Below, piece after piece: positions 30,751-40,613 of a stretch of 64,000 nucleotides of DNA. The position numbers and the translations under genes were made by a program. The notes under the pieces are model-generated. The model was not told the origin of the DNA. It saw nothing but the letters and a program-made list of their open reading frames with translations, and made no database searches. The stretch is taken from positions 1,697 through 65,696 of the forward strand of contig JAGWJP010000003.1 in the NCBI GenBank assembly GCA_028865725.1, given 5' to 3'. The first letter of the stretch is position 1; each line of letters starts with the position of its first letter. Source of the stretch: Patescibacteria group bacterium (GTDB taxonomy: Bacteria; Patescibacteriota; Minisyncoccia; UBA6257; JACRHW01).

Positions 30751-31098
30751 CTAACTCTTAAATATCGCGACAAGAATCATCAACCCAATCAGTACGCTTG
30801 GAATTATAAAAACTAAAGCGAGCCACTTCTTTGAATGCCACCATTTTTGAATTGCAGGTATAGATACCCAATATCCCAATACTCCGAAAGCCATAAGTAA
30901 AAATCCGAGATCTCCCCAAAATCCTAAAACAAATTTCTTTCCAGAAACCCCAGAAGCCATGCCCATAACTACACTATCAGTAAACCAAATGATAAAACCT
31001 ACTAAAAGTAAGACGAGACCTAAAAAAACATTCTTACCGGACCAGCCGCATCTTTTGGCAATAGACTCGCCATCAACTTGTTGTATTACCTCATACAT
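30751..31098 (-). CDS. Hypothetical membrane protein
   Basis: Three TMs; AT-rich segment. Confidence 0.65.
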   Translation of the reverse strand: MYEVIQQVDGESIAKRCGWSGKNVFLGLVLLLVGFIIWFTDSVVMGMASGVSGKKFVLGFWGDLGFLLMAFGVLGYWVSIPAIQKWWHSKKWLALVFIIPSVLIGLMILVAIFKS

Positions 31099-31120
31099 AT
31101 TTTTATAAAATCTATCTTAC

Positions 31121-31306
31121 TTATTTCTTTTCATAAATAACCATCGCGGTAGCAACGCCTTGCCAAAAAGCATATTTTATATCAACAATTTCCCCGCTTA
31201 TTTCTTTAATCGCAAGATTCACCGCTTCATCAAATTTTTGAGTGTTCTTTTCCCCACCGAAACCGGTGAAGTTGAGCCTAACAATTACCGTCTTTATTTG
31301 TTTCAT
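31121..31306 (-). CDS. Small hypothetical protein (DUF2758/Cse60-like pattern)
   Basis: FDEAVN......IVDIKY.......AMVIY. Confidence 0.6.
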   Translation of the reverse strand: MKQIKTVIVRLNFTGFGGEKNTQKFDEAVNLAIKEISGEIVDIKYAFWQGVATAMVIYEKK

Positions 31307-31382
31307 ATCAATGATAAAAATTTTCTCTACAAAAAATTAAATAGATTCGAGCAAAATTATTATAAATGCACACTCACTACGT

Positions 31383-31405
31383 TCGTGTGCACCCAGTAGG
31401 AATCG
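31383..31405 (-). repeat. 23-bp exact duplicate of the tRNA-Lys 3' end (att-like)
   Basis: TCGTGTGCACCCAGTAGGAATCG, identical to 31534-31556. Confidence 0.88.
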
Positions 31406-31538
31406 GTCACAAGTTTGCCTACGGCATCTCGCGACCCCAGCTCGCGTGCTCGTTTCTACTCGCACAAGCTCCGCTATTCGATTCCTAACGTGAGTGAAGC
31501 AGTTCACTCCCTCTAGGTGCACTCTCGCTTCTCTCGTG

Positions 31539-31611
31539 TGCACCCAGTAGGAATCGAACCTACAACCGTCTCCTTAAGAGGGAGCTGCTCTGCCAGTTGA
31601 GCTATGGGTGC
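31539..31611 (-). tRNA. tRNA-Lys(CTT)
   Basis: Reverse complement reads GCACCCATAGCTCAACTGGCAGAGCAGCTCC-CTCTTAA-GGAGACGGTTGTAGGTTCGATTCCTACTGGGTGCA. Confidence 0.93.
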
Positions 31612-31671
31612 ATGGTATATCAAAAATCTGAAAGACTAGTGTTCAGATGGTACTATATTTTTTATCTGCAA

Positions 31672-32595
31672 TCAATGATGATCGGATCCTTTTCTTCTCG
31701 TCCCATGAAACGCTTTGTGGATCTCCTTCAACTCTTTATTCGTGATATGCGTATATACTTGTGTAGTCGCAATATTTGCGTGGCCAAGCAGCATCTGAAC
31801 TGAGCGTAAGTCTGCGCCGTTCATCAATAAATCCGTGGCAAAGAGATGGCGCAATTTATGAGGAGTGGTGTGTTTTGCAATGCCCGCTTTTGTCGCATAG
31901 TGCTCAACAATGCGTTGTACGCTCCGCGGCGTAAGGCGTGTACGTGGACGCGGGGGATCGGAATGGGTAAAGGAAATAAACATCGCCTCTTCCATATCAG
32001 TACGCGCATGATAATAGGCCGTAAGTGCCGCCCTAGCACTGGGGGAGAGAAATACCACCCGCACCTTCCCTCCTTTTCCGCGTACTGAAAACTCCTCCCG
32101 TTCCATATCAATAGAATCACGATTCAATGCACAGAGCTCCGACACGCGAAGCCCTGTTGAGAATAAAAGCTCTAAAATAGCCTTATCACGCAATGCCTTC
32201 ACATCTTTTCCTCCCAAAGAAAGCATGCGTTCAAGGTCTTTTCCATCCAAAATATCGATATCGCGGTCAGGCACCTTCCCAAGCTCTATCTTATCGGCTG
32301 CAAGCGTTGCAATATCACGCTTTGCGCAATATTTCAGAAAATTGCGAATGGCGATCACGTAGTAATTTTGCGTCACTTTTTTAAGGGAGGGATGCTTGTC
32401 GCTCGCCACGCGATTGAGCCACAATCTAAACTGCCGTACCGACTCCTGCGTGATATCTTCTGGGTATTTTGCCTTTGAAGCCTCAAAAAACCGCTTCAGA
32501 TAGCGCTCATAATTCTCCCGCGTTTTGATAGACCGTCCCTTCTCGATCTCGAGATAATCGAGATAATCGATAAGAAGATCCTTAAGCTGTTTCAT
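31672..32595 (-). CDS. xerC: Tyrosine recombinase, XerC/XerD-like
   Basis: N-terminal SAM-like domain; RDKAILELLFSTGLRVSEL, GKGGK, HKLRHLFAT, LGH, TTQVYTH. Confidence 0.85.
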   Translation of the reverse strand: MKQLKDLLIDYLDYLEIEKGRSIKTRENYERYLKRFFEASKAKYPEDITQESVRQFRLWLNRVASDKHPSLKKVTQNYYVIAIRNFLKYCAKRDIATLAADKIELGKVPDRDIDILDGKDLERMLSLGGKDVKALRDKAILELLFSTGLRVSELCALNRDSIDMEREEFSVRGKGGKVRVVFLSPSARAALTAYYHARTDMEEAMFISFTHSDPPRPRTRLTPRSVQRIVEHYATKAGIAKHTTPHKLRHLFATDLLMNGADLRSVQMLLGHANIATTQVYTHITNKELKEIHKAFHGTRRKGSDHH

Positions 32596-32706
32596 ATTCG
32601 CATCATCAATCCAGTATAGCACGTATAGGCTCCGCAGAGCTCAGTTGACATAATAAGCTAAATATGTTAATAACGTACTTAGCACAAAAACCTAGGAAGA
32701 TCTGTA

Positions 32707-33036
32707 ATGAAAATACTGGTAGGGGCGGCTGTTCATCTTTTTTGTGACATTCTTTTCTGGATGTTTCTCGCGCTCGTGGACGCGGTGACGATTTGGTTTC
32801 TTGCGCCGCTTTTCGGTGCAAAAATCACCCACTTCGTGTCACTCTGGAGGGGGATATTCATCGCCTTGTATGCGCTCCATTGGGCGCTGATGATGAGCCG
32901 GTCCATATGGCGCTCCTGCGAACGTGTCGCAGGAGAGTGGCGGGAGCGGGAGCAGTACCTCGCGTGGGCAAAAGCCCACCAAGGGATGAACGGGGAAGAG
33001 GAGGCACGGGCGCGGCTTGCGGAAAAGCGAGCGTAG
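32707..33036 (+). CDS. Hypothetical membrane protein (autonomous cassette, GC-rich)
   Basis: TTGACA at 32645, two TMs, terminator GGGCGG...CCGCCC-TTTT at 33045-33075. Confidence 0.6.
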   Translation: MKILVGAAVHLFCDILFWMFLALVDAVTIWFLAPLFGAKITHFVSLWRGIFIALYALHWALMMSRSIWRSCERVAGEWREREQYLAWAKAHQGMNGEEEARARLAEKRA

Positions 33037-33262
33037 CGCCGTGTGGGCGGTCACCATTGAGTGTCCGCCCTTTTTCTTTATAAGAATGGGCTGCTGAAAA
33101 ATTCTACCTGTTACAGTATGGGGCTTGATATTTATCATCACTTATGCTACAATCATGGCATATTCATGGGCAGAAGGCCTTGCTGTCACACAATCATTTT
33201 TTATGCGATAGGGCAGTCTAGAGTTCTCCCTGCGCCATTATTTACTTTAATACCCAACATCA

Positions 33263-33529
33263 ATGTTAACAAAACGCCAAAAAGAAAACGTATTTAAAGA
33301 TTATGGTGTCCATGAGGGGGATACCGGCTCTGCAGAAGTGCAGGTTGCATTATTTACCAAAGAAATCGACTCACTCACAAAGCACCTTAAGACTAATCCC
33401 AAAGACAACAGCTCTCGCAGAGGGCTCTTGCGCATGGTTTCAAAACGAAAAAAGTTTCTTGTTCATCTTGAAGAGACGAACAAGAGAAGTTATAATAAAG
33501 TGACAAAAAAATTAGGTTTGAAAAAATAA
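33263..33529 (+). CDS. rpsO: 30S ribosomal protein S15
   Basis: DTGSAEVQVA, H...KD..SRRGL..MV.KR. Confidence 0.97.
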   Translation: MLTKRQKENVFKDYGVHEGDTGSAEVQVALFTKEIDSLTKHLKTNPKDNSSRRGLLRMVSKRKKFLVHLEETNKRSYNKVTKKLGLKK

Positions 33530-33626
33530 GAGAAACTAGCAATGCGTGACTATTGACTTCTTGACTATTAACCGAATTATGTTTGGTGAACGATTAACCG
33601 TCAGTAGTTACTGCGTTTTTTAATTA

Positions 33627-34172
33627 ATGAGTGTTATCAAATACGGGGACCAACGCGTGGGGGTGTTAATTGACGTACAAAATCTTTACCACTCTGCGAA
33701 AAATCTCTACAACGCGCGGGTCAATTTTAAAGAGTTACTCAATGCCGCAACCGCAAAACGACGACTTGTGCGTGCATTTGGATATGTAGTAAAAAGCGAT
33801 ATACCCGCCGGTGAGGCTTCTTTTTTTGATGCGCTTGAAAAGTCGGGACTTGAGCTTAAAATGAAGGATCTTCAGATCTTTCCCGGAGGCGCAAAAAAGG
33901 CGGACTGGGATGTCGGAATGGCAGTAGACGCCATTCGCATTGCTCCTTCGCTCGATACCGTAGTTCTCATAACCGGAGATGGCGATTTTATTCCGCTCGT
34001 TGAATATCTTAAAAATATAGGGAAACAAGTCGAGGTTATCGCATTTGGGAAAAGCGCATCGGGAAAGCTTCGTGAAGCCGCTGATGAATTCATTGATCTC
34101 GGAGAAGATCCTAGCCGCTTCCTTCTTACCATTCATAAGCGCGCGCGACGTTACCGTACACAAGAACAATAA
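33627..34172 (+). CDS. NYN domain (LabA/DUF88) protein
   Basis: IDVQN, KKADWDVGMAVD, TGDGDF, ADEFID. Confidence 0.9.
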   Translation: MSVIKYGDQRVGVLIDVQNLYHSAKNLYNARVNFKELLNAATAKRRLVRAFGYVVKSDIPAGEASFFDALEKSGLELKMKDLQIFPGGAKKADWDVGMAVDAIRIAPSLDTVVLITGDGDFIPLVEYLKNIGKQVEVIAFGKSASGKLREAADEFIDLGEDPSRFLLTIHKRARRYRTQEQ

Positions 34173-34180
34173 TCACTACC

Positions 34181-36283
34181 ATGCTACCCACAAAAGATTA
34201 TTCTATAGAAATCGGGGGGAAGACGTTAACCGCACGCTTCAGCACTCTTGCAGAGCAAACGAATGGTTCTGTCATAATACAGTACGGCGATACAGTCGTC
34301 ATGACAAACGTCGTGATGGGGAGAAAAGACAGGCTCGATCTCGACTATTTTCCTCTCATGGTGGAGTACGAAGAAAAATATTATGCCGTGGGACGCATTT
34401 TGGGAAGCCGATTTGTAAAACGAGAAGGAAAAGCTTCTGAAGAAGCGGTGCTTACCGGACGCATGATCGATCGCTCTATTCGACCGCTTTTTGATCACCG
34501 CCTCCGCCGCGATGTACAAGTCGTCGCGACCGTGCTTTCCTATGACACCGAAAATGATCCCGATATGGTAGGCCTCAATGGCGCATCGCTTGCTTTGGCG
34601 TGTTCAAACATTCCGTGGGATGGCCCTGCTGCGGCCGTGCGCATCGCAAAAAATGGGGGCACATTTATCGTAAATCCAACATTTCAGGAACGTCGCGAGG
34701 CAGACCTTGACCTCTTCCTCGCAATGGCAAAAGGAAAGATCAATATGATCGACGGCGAAGGCTGCGAAATGCCTGAAACAGATGTGATGAAAGCAATCGA
34801 ACTCGGTATACAAGAGCTCAATAAACTTATTGCGTTCCAGGAGTCTATTATTAAAGAACGCGGTGCCGAAAAAACGACCGTAGTACTCAAAGAATCTCCT
34901 GTGGAACTGATAACGGCAATAAAAGGATTTGTGGCTCCCTTGCTTGATGCCGCTCTTTTTGAGACTGACAAAGTCAAACGTGAAGTAAACCTCGAATCTA
35001 TAAAAACAAACCTTGTGGCACACCTCGTGGAGCTTGGATTCGACGAAGACGCACAAAAAGAAGCACACCACATTCTTGAAGATGAAATCGACCGCGTAGT
35101 GCACAAAAACGCTATCGAACATAGCCGACGTCCTGATGGGCGTGCTCTAGACGAGGTACGCCACCTCGAGGCGTACACAGGAATTCTGCCCCGCACTCAC
35201 GGCTCCGCGGTATTTATGCGCGGTACCACCCACGCGCTTGCCACCGTAACCCTTGGCGCACCTGGCGATGAACAGATTGTCGAAACCATGGAGGAATCGA
35301 CAAAACGCCACTTCATGCTTCACTATAATTTCCCCGCATATTCATCGGGGGAAACCGGTCCATTCCGCGGACCGGGACGTCGTGAGATCGGCCACGGCGC
35401 TTTGGCCGCAAAATCGCTCGTACGCATGATTCCCGACAAAGAACAATTTCCTTATACGATTCGTGCAGTTTCCGAAATTACCTCTTCAAATGGTTCCACG
35501 TCTCAAGCATCAATCTGCGGTGTTACCCTTGCGCTTATGGACGCAGGTGTACCCATCAAAGAGATGGTGGGTGGTATTGCGATGGGACTTATGTCCGATC
35601 CCATTTCCGGCGCCTACAAAGTGCTCACCGATATCCAGGGTCCGGAAGACCATTACGGCGATATGGATTTTAAGGTGGCAGGAACGAAAAATGGGATAAA
35701 TGCGATCCAACTCGATGTAAAAATCGACGGCCTCACAATGCCGATTATCGAGGAAACGCTTGCTGCCGCAAAAAAAGCGCGCCTCCACATACTCGAAACA
35801 ATGCGCAAAGAGATTTCTGAACCACGTAAAGAGCTTTCACCCTACGCACCTCGCATTATTACTCTCCACATCAATCCTGATAAAATCCGAGACGTGATCG
35901 GTTCCGGAGGAAAAGTGATCAATGATATCATTGCGCGTACGAACACCACCATCGATATTGAAGACGACGGTACTATATATGTAACAGGTCTTAATGCCAC
36001 ACAAACCGAAGAAGCGATTACGATTATCAACAGCCTCACCAAAGAGCTGGCTTTGGGTGAAATCATAGAAGGACCTGTCACCCGCATTATGGACTTTGGC
36101 GCTTTGGTAGAAATTCTTCCTGGAAAAGAGGGGATGATCCATATCTCAGAGCTTGCAAACACACGTGTCGAGAAGGTTACCGACATAGTGAAACTCGGTG
36201 AGCGCGTGCGCGTGAAAGTCATTCGCATTGATCCTGATGGAAAAATAGGACTTTCCCTCAAGGCATTACAAAGTAGAAATTAA
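34181..36283 (+). CDS. pnp: Polyribonucleotide nucleotidyltransferase
   Basis: Two RNase PH domains (RMIDRSIRPLF, RREIGHG, GDMDFKVAG), KH and S1 domains. Confidence 0.97.
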   Translation: MLPTKDYSIEIGGKTLTARFSTLAEQTNGSVIIQYGDTVVMTNVVMGRKDRLDLDYFPLMVEYEEKYYAVGRILGSRFVKREGKASEEAVLTGRMIDRSIRPLFDHRLRRDVQVVATVLSYDTENDPDMVGLNGASLALACSNIPWDGPAAAVRIAKNGGTFIVNPTFQERREADLDLFLAMAKGKINMIDGEGCEMPETDVMKAIELGIQELNKLIAFQESIIKERGAEKTTVVLKESPVELITAIKGFVAPLLDAALFETDKVKREVNLESIKTNLVAHLVELGFDEDAQKEAHHILEDEIDRVVHKNAIEHSRRPDGRALDEVRHLEAYTGILPRTHGSAVFMRGTTHALATVTLGAPGDEQIVETMEESTKRHFMLHYNFPAYSSGETGPFRGPGRREIGHGALAAKSLVRMIPDKEQFPYTIRAVSEITSSNGSTSQASICGVTLALMDAGVPIKEMVGGIAMGLMSDPISGAYKVLTDIQGPEDHYGDMDFKVAGTKNGINAIQLDVKIDGLTMPIIEETLAAAKKARLHILETMRKEISEPRKELSPYAPRIITLHINPDKIRDVIGSGGKVINDIIARTNTTIDIEDDGTIYVTGLNATQTEEAITIINSLTKELALGEIIEGPVTRIMDFGALVEILPGKEGMIHISELANTRVEKVTDIVKLGERVRVKVIRIDPDGKIGLSLKALQSRN

Positions 36284-36367
36284 TTCATGAAGATCTTGAG
36301 GAATCTTGAAGCTTAGCACATTCTGTGCTATTTTTCTTTTAGATCCCTGAAAAGGAGCTGAAGCAAA

Positions 36368-36946
36368 ATGATTCGTGACTTTCTTCCGGAATATTCTGCC
36401 GCGCATCAACATTCTACCGAACCGGTCTACACCATTCTTCGCAGTATCGTGATTGATGGGCACGAAGTGGCGTGGATACAACTTGAGGGAACGGACCTGT
36501 ACGGAAAACAATATCGCTGCTACGACTTATATTGCGAGTGTTATTTCACACGCGGAATTGGCTGGGATATAAGAGACGGGAAAGCGACAGGTCTCTCGGG
36601 CGATAGCTGTATCAAAAAACGTGTTGCCACCTTTCTTCGTCATTGTGAAATTCAACAAGACATCCAATCACGCTTTCCGTTTATCAACTTAATACTATCA
36701 GAGGACGATCTTCACTGTATCATCTACGAGCTTATGCAACAGCTGAAGACAGGCTCATTCATTAACGATCAATTCCTTGATGGAACTAGTACCCGGCTTG
36801 ACCTGCGCACCCTGGAGTTTATACTCGATCACCCCATGCACGATATCTACGAAAAAGCCAATGCACTCGCCGCGGCGAAGAAAATCAAACTTGATTTCAA
36901 CATGGTTTACGCGTGTAAAAAACCGTCCTCAAAAAACCAAAAATAA
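36368..36946 (+). CDS. Hypothetical protein
   Basis: 192 aa ORF, SD AAAGGAG. Confidence 0.65.
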   Translation: MIRDFLPEYSAAHQHSTEPVYTILRSIVIDGHEVAWIQLEGTDLYGKQYRCYDLYCECYFTRGIGWDIRDGKATGLSGDSCIKKRVATFLRHCEIQQDIQSRFPFINLILSEDDLHCIIYELMQQLKTGSFINDQFLDGTSTRLDLRTLEFILDHPMHDIYEKANALAAAKKIKLDFNMVYACKKPSSKNQK

Positions 36947-37056
36947 TACCCCTCATAGCACATCATGTGCTATTTTTGTTTAAAGATGATGCTCTTGTGC
37001 ACAACGCTACTTTACATTGTGGTATACTAACAATAAGGTAACTACATTTAAAAACT

Positions 37057-38265
37057 ATGAATGACGATCAAAAACCAACACCCCTTTCGATGAACAATGA
37101 CAACACCATGCCAACTCCCGCTCCCGCGGCATCCACGCCGCCTGCCGTACCAAACGCAGGCGATTGGCCTGCTGCACCCCAGGAGTCTACAGCACCAATA
37201 GAACATGAAGCCCCTCACGTGCCCTCTCTTACCATTCCTAAGAACTCAAATATCCAAGACTCCACCGCGGCACCCCTCCCACCCTCTCATGTGGCCGAAA
37301 CTCACGCACAGCCAATTGCTCCTCCGATCCCGGCACCTTATCCGCCTTCACCTCCTACTCCGCAACAAACTCTCCATGCCGCCACGACACCGCCGCAAAT
37401 TGTTCTCCACACCATGGAGTCTGATATGCGAAACAATACTGCACCCACGCTACCGCACACACCTCCCCTACGCGAGCCCTCAGCACAACCTTCCTTCACA
37501 TTGCCCGAACACACCCCACGCAAAAGTAATATTTCGCGTGTACTCTCTATTTTTCTTGTGCTCGTGCTGCTGGGGGGAGTAGGGTATGCAGGCTACGTCT
37601 TTATTGCTCCGATCTTTTCCCCAAAAACACCCTCTGCCGTTGCTCCTACAACCCAAACCAATGAATCACAATCCATATCTACATCTTCTGCGATTATGGA
37701 ACAATCTGCGCCAACTCACACGAGCCTTCTTCATATTCCTGCCGATAAAGCCATATCGATCAATCTTCCCTCACTCGACGCACAAGCGGTAACTTCTGCG
37801 CTCTCTAACCTTCCCGCAGAAACTCCGGGAACACTTGAAGAAATCACTCTTAATATGAATGGAGTACCTGTGCCATTTGCAAGCTTTGCGGGACTTTACC
37901 TCAAAAATGTCCCTCTTGATATCTTTGGATCTGATATGTCGCTTGAACTCTACCATGATGCATCTGGCGTATGGCCCGTAGTTGTCACCACATTTAGTAC
38001 AAGCACCCCCAATGCAGTGCTTGAACAATCCTCTATTCGCCAAGCAATAGAACAAGATAGCCAATCCACTATTACTCAACTCTTTTTGAACAACCCAGGA
38101 GCACCGCGAGGCAATTTTCTTGACGGAAGTATCCCTGGTGTAGCTACACAATTACGCTATCGAGTCTTTCAGGGATCTGTAAGTCTCGACTACGGTTGGA
38201 TTGGAGATAAATTTGTTGTTGCAACATCCTACGCTGCCCTTAAAGAAGTGGCGGCGAGACTGTGA
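37057..38265 (+). CDS. Single-TM protein with Pro-rich disordered N-terminus
   Basis: Pro-rich aa 1-155, TM about aa 163-185, folded C-terminal domain. Confidence 0.75.
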   Translation: MNDDQKPTPLSMNNDNTMPTPAPAASTPPAVPNAGDWPAAPQESTAPIEHEAPHVPSLTIPKNSNIQDSTAAPLPPSHVAETHAQPIAPPIPAPYPPSPPTPQQTLHAATTPPQIVLHTMESDMRNNTAPTLPHTPPLREPSAQPSFTLPEHTPRKSNISRVLSIFLVLVLLGGVGYAGYVFIAPIFSPKTPSAVAPTTQTNESQSISTSSAIMEQSAPTHTSLLHIPADKAISINLPSLDAQAVTSALSNLPAETPGTLEEITLNMNGVPVPFASFAGLYLKNVPLDIFGSDMSLELYHDASGVWPVVVTTFSTSTPNAVLEQSSIRQAIEQDSQSTITQLFLNNPGAPRGNFLDGSIPGVATQLRYRVFQGSVSLDYGWIGDKFVVATSYAALKEVAARL

Positions 38266-38374
38266 GAATATCAAATTGCTTTTTCTCACTCTACACGGTA
38301 TAAATGGCGTATATATAAACTAACAAAGATCGAGGAGATCATGACCCGTATTTTATGATCTCCTCACACAAAGA

Positions 38375-38731
38375 ATGACTAACGAAATGAACAGCGAGCT
38401 CATAAACCGCCTCAAAAATGAAGAGGAGGAGCTTGTGAAAGAACTTGGAGAAGTCAGTGTGAAAACAGAAGCAGGTTTTGAACCTAAACCCACTGATTTC
38501 GGTTCGGATACAGAAAGTTACGACGGCGAAGAGGCTGATGAAGCAGAAGAACTCGGAAATTCACTTTCTGTGAAAACGGTGTTGGAGTCCCGCCTACGAC
38601 ATGTACGTTCTGCTCTCCGTAAAATAGAGAGCAATACCTATGGCACCTGCGAGCATTGCGGAACCCCAATCGAAGAGCGTGACCTTGAGATAGATCCCGC
38701 ACGCCCTCATTGCAAGAAGTGCAGCGAATAA
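38375..38731 (+). CDS. TraR/DksA C4-type zinc finger protein
   Basis: Coiled coil, AL.KI...YG.CEHCG..I...L...P....C..C. Confidence 0.9.
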   Translation: MTNEMNSELINRLKNEEEELVKELGEVSVKTEAGFEPKPTDFGSDTESYDGEEADEAEELGNSLSVKTVLESRLRHVRSALRKIESNTYGTCEHCGTPIEERDLEIDPARPHCKKCSE

Positions 38732-38760
38732 CCGCGCATGATCTCCGCATCCTTCACGGA

Positions 38761-38790
38761 AAAACCTTGTCCCAAAAGGGCAAGGTTTTT
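38761..38790 (+). terminator. Intrinsic terminator
   Basis: AAAACCTTG(T)CCC-AAAA-GGGCAAGGTTTTT. Confidence 0.7.
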
Positions 38791-38928
38791 GGCGGTAACG
38801 CAGCGCGACTATCCTTGCCCTTTAAACAAAATCCAAACCCGCTCAAATAACATACACGTGTCTTATTCTCTCGACATTTCACTACCAGACTTGTATTTTT
38901 AATTCAATACCAGCTAGAATACAGCATC

Positions 38929-40467
38929 ATGAGTACTGTCATCAAAATCTACGCGTCGTCACTTACCGGACTCAAAGCGATCCCTATCACTGTCGAAGTT
39001 GATACTGCACCGGGGCTTTATAGTTTTAATATCGTAGGACTTGGCGACAAAGCAGTAAATGAGGCGAAAGAGCGTGTCTCTCTTGCCCTCAAGAATAGCG
39101 GTACACTTCCCCCGAACAAACAAACGCGCAAAGTCATCGTAAACCTCGCCCCTGCAGATACAAAAAAGGAAGGCACACATCTTGATCTCGCCATCGCGCT
39201 TGGATATCTTGTTTCCACCGAGCAAGTCGCAACTTCGAACCTTGAACATAGCATTTTTGTCGGCGAACTTGCATTAAATGGCGACCTGCGTCCCGTCTCC
39301 GGCGTGCTGCCAATTACGCTTGAAATGAAACGACATGGATTTACCACTATGTACGTCGCGCCCGACAATGCAAAAGAGGCTGCTATTGTGGAGGGTGTTA
39401 CCGTCTATCCGGTTGAAAACTTGCGCGCGCTTATCGACCACCTTGAGGGGAGAACCGTTCCCGCGCCACAACCTCGCACGACATTAGTCCACACATCAAA
39501 GGCGGGAGAGAAACAAAATGATTTCTCGCATCTCAAAGGACAGCGCACAATAAAACGCGTCCTTGAAATCGCAGCAAGTGGAGGACACAATGTCCTCCTT
39601 ATAGGTCCTCCCGGAACGGGAAAAACAATGGCGGCGCGCGCCCTCACCTCAATTCTTCCCCCTCTTACCCATGAAGAGGCGCTTGAGGTTACCGAAATTT
39701 ACAGCGTAAGCGGACTCATTAAAGAGGGGGCTACGTTCATCACTGAACGCCAATTTCGTGCGCCACACCATACCGCCTCTGCGGCAGCATTGGTGGGTGG
39801 CGGCACTACGCCAAAACCGGGGGAAATCACGCTCGCCCATCGGGGCGTACTCTTCCTTGATGAGTTTACCGAATTTCAACACAATGTGATGGAGTCCTTA
39901 CGCCAACCCCTCGAGGATGGTGTTGTCACTATTTCGCGCTCCCGGGGCGCATTAACTTTTCCTGCCCGTTTTATTTTTATCGCGGCCGCAAATCCATGCC
40001 CTTGCGGATTCCTTGATGATCTCGAAATTCCATGCACCTGCACAAGCGGGGCGATTGCGAAATACAAACGCAAACTTTCAGGACCCATCTTGGACCGCAT
40101 TGATCTTCAGGTTTTTGTGCCGCGCATTTCATACGAAGAATTACGCAGCACCGCCCCTGAAGAGCCTTCAGAAAATGTTTCCTCACGCGTTATGAAGGCC
40201 CGAGCTCTACAATACCAACGCCTTGCTCCCTTTTCTCTCCACACCAATAGTGAAATTCCTTCCCAAAAAGTGGGGGAATATATTACCCTCGACACATCGA
40301 GTGAAACGCTCTTGAAACGCGCCGTTGATAAATATCATCTCTCGCCACGCGGCTATTATCGCATCTTAAAGGTTGCCCGGACCATCGCAGACTTAGAACG
40401 CAGTGAACATGTCACGAGTACTCATATTGCGGAAGCGCTGCGATACCGCATGGAAACGATAGATTAG
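38929..40467 (+). CDS. comM: ComM/YifB Mg-chelatase-like AAA+ ATPase
   Basis: VNLAPAD..KEG..DLAIA, GPPGTGKT, FRAPHH, LFLDE, NPCPCG, SGPILDRID. Confidence 0.92.
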   Translation: MSTVIKIYASSLTGLKAIPITVEVDTAPGLYSFNIVGLGDKAVNEAKERVSLALKNSGTLPPNKQTRKVIVNLAPADTKKEGTHLDLAIALGYLVSTEQVATSNLEHSIFVGELALNGDLRPVSGVLPITLEMKRHGFTTMYVAPDNAKEAAIVEGVTVYPVENLRALIDHLEGRTVPAPQPRTTLVHTSKAGEKQNDFSHLKGQRTIKRVLEIAASGGHNVLLIGPPGTGKTMAARALTSILPPLTHEEALEVTEIYSVSGLIKEGATFITERQFRAPHHTASAAALVGGGTTPKPGEITLAHRGVLFLDEFTEFQHNVMESLRQPLEDGVVTISRSRGALTFPARFIFIAAANPCPCGFLDDLEIPCTCTSGAIAKYKRKLSGPILDRIDLQVFVPRISYEELRSTAPEEPSENVSSRVMKARALQYQRLAPFSLHTNSEIPSQKVGEYITLDTSSETLLKRAVDKYHLSPRGYYRILKVARTIADLERSEHVTSTHIAEALRYRMETID

Positions 40468-40613
40468 CCTTCACTCTTGTGGCAATGTATCACAACATTT
40501 CTTAAAATTCCAAGGGTGTACCATATCACGACAGCACCTTTTTCCATTGATAGTGGAAACATAAAATGATACAATCACACGAGCTCCACGATTCTAGATG
40601 AGGAGGATAAACA

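Noticed and set aside
31672-32595. Island or prophage integrase or integron integrase
   Set aside because: It looks like a housekeeping XerC/D type, has no evident IntI-specific insertion, and lies on the 5' side of the tRNA. No phage genes are nearby. A role in trans is not excluded.
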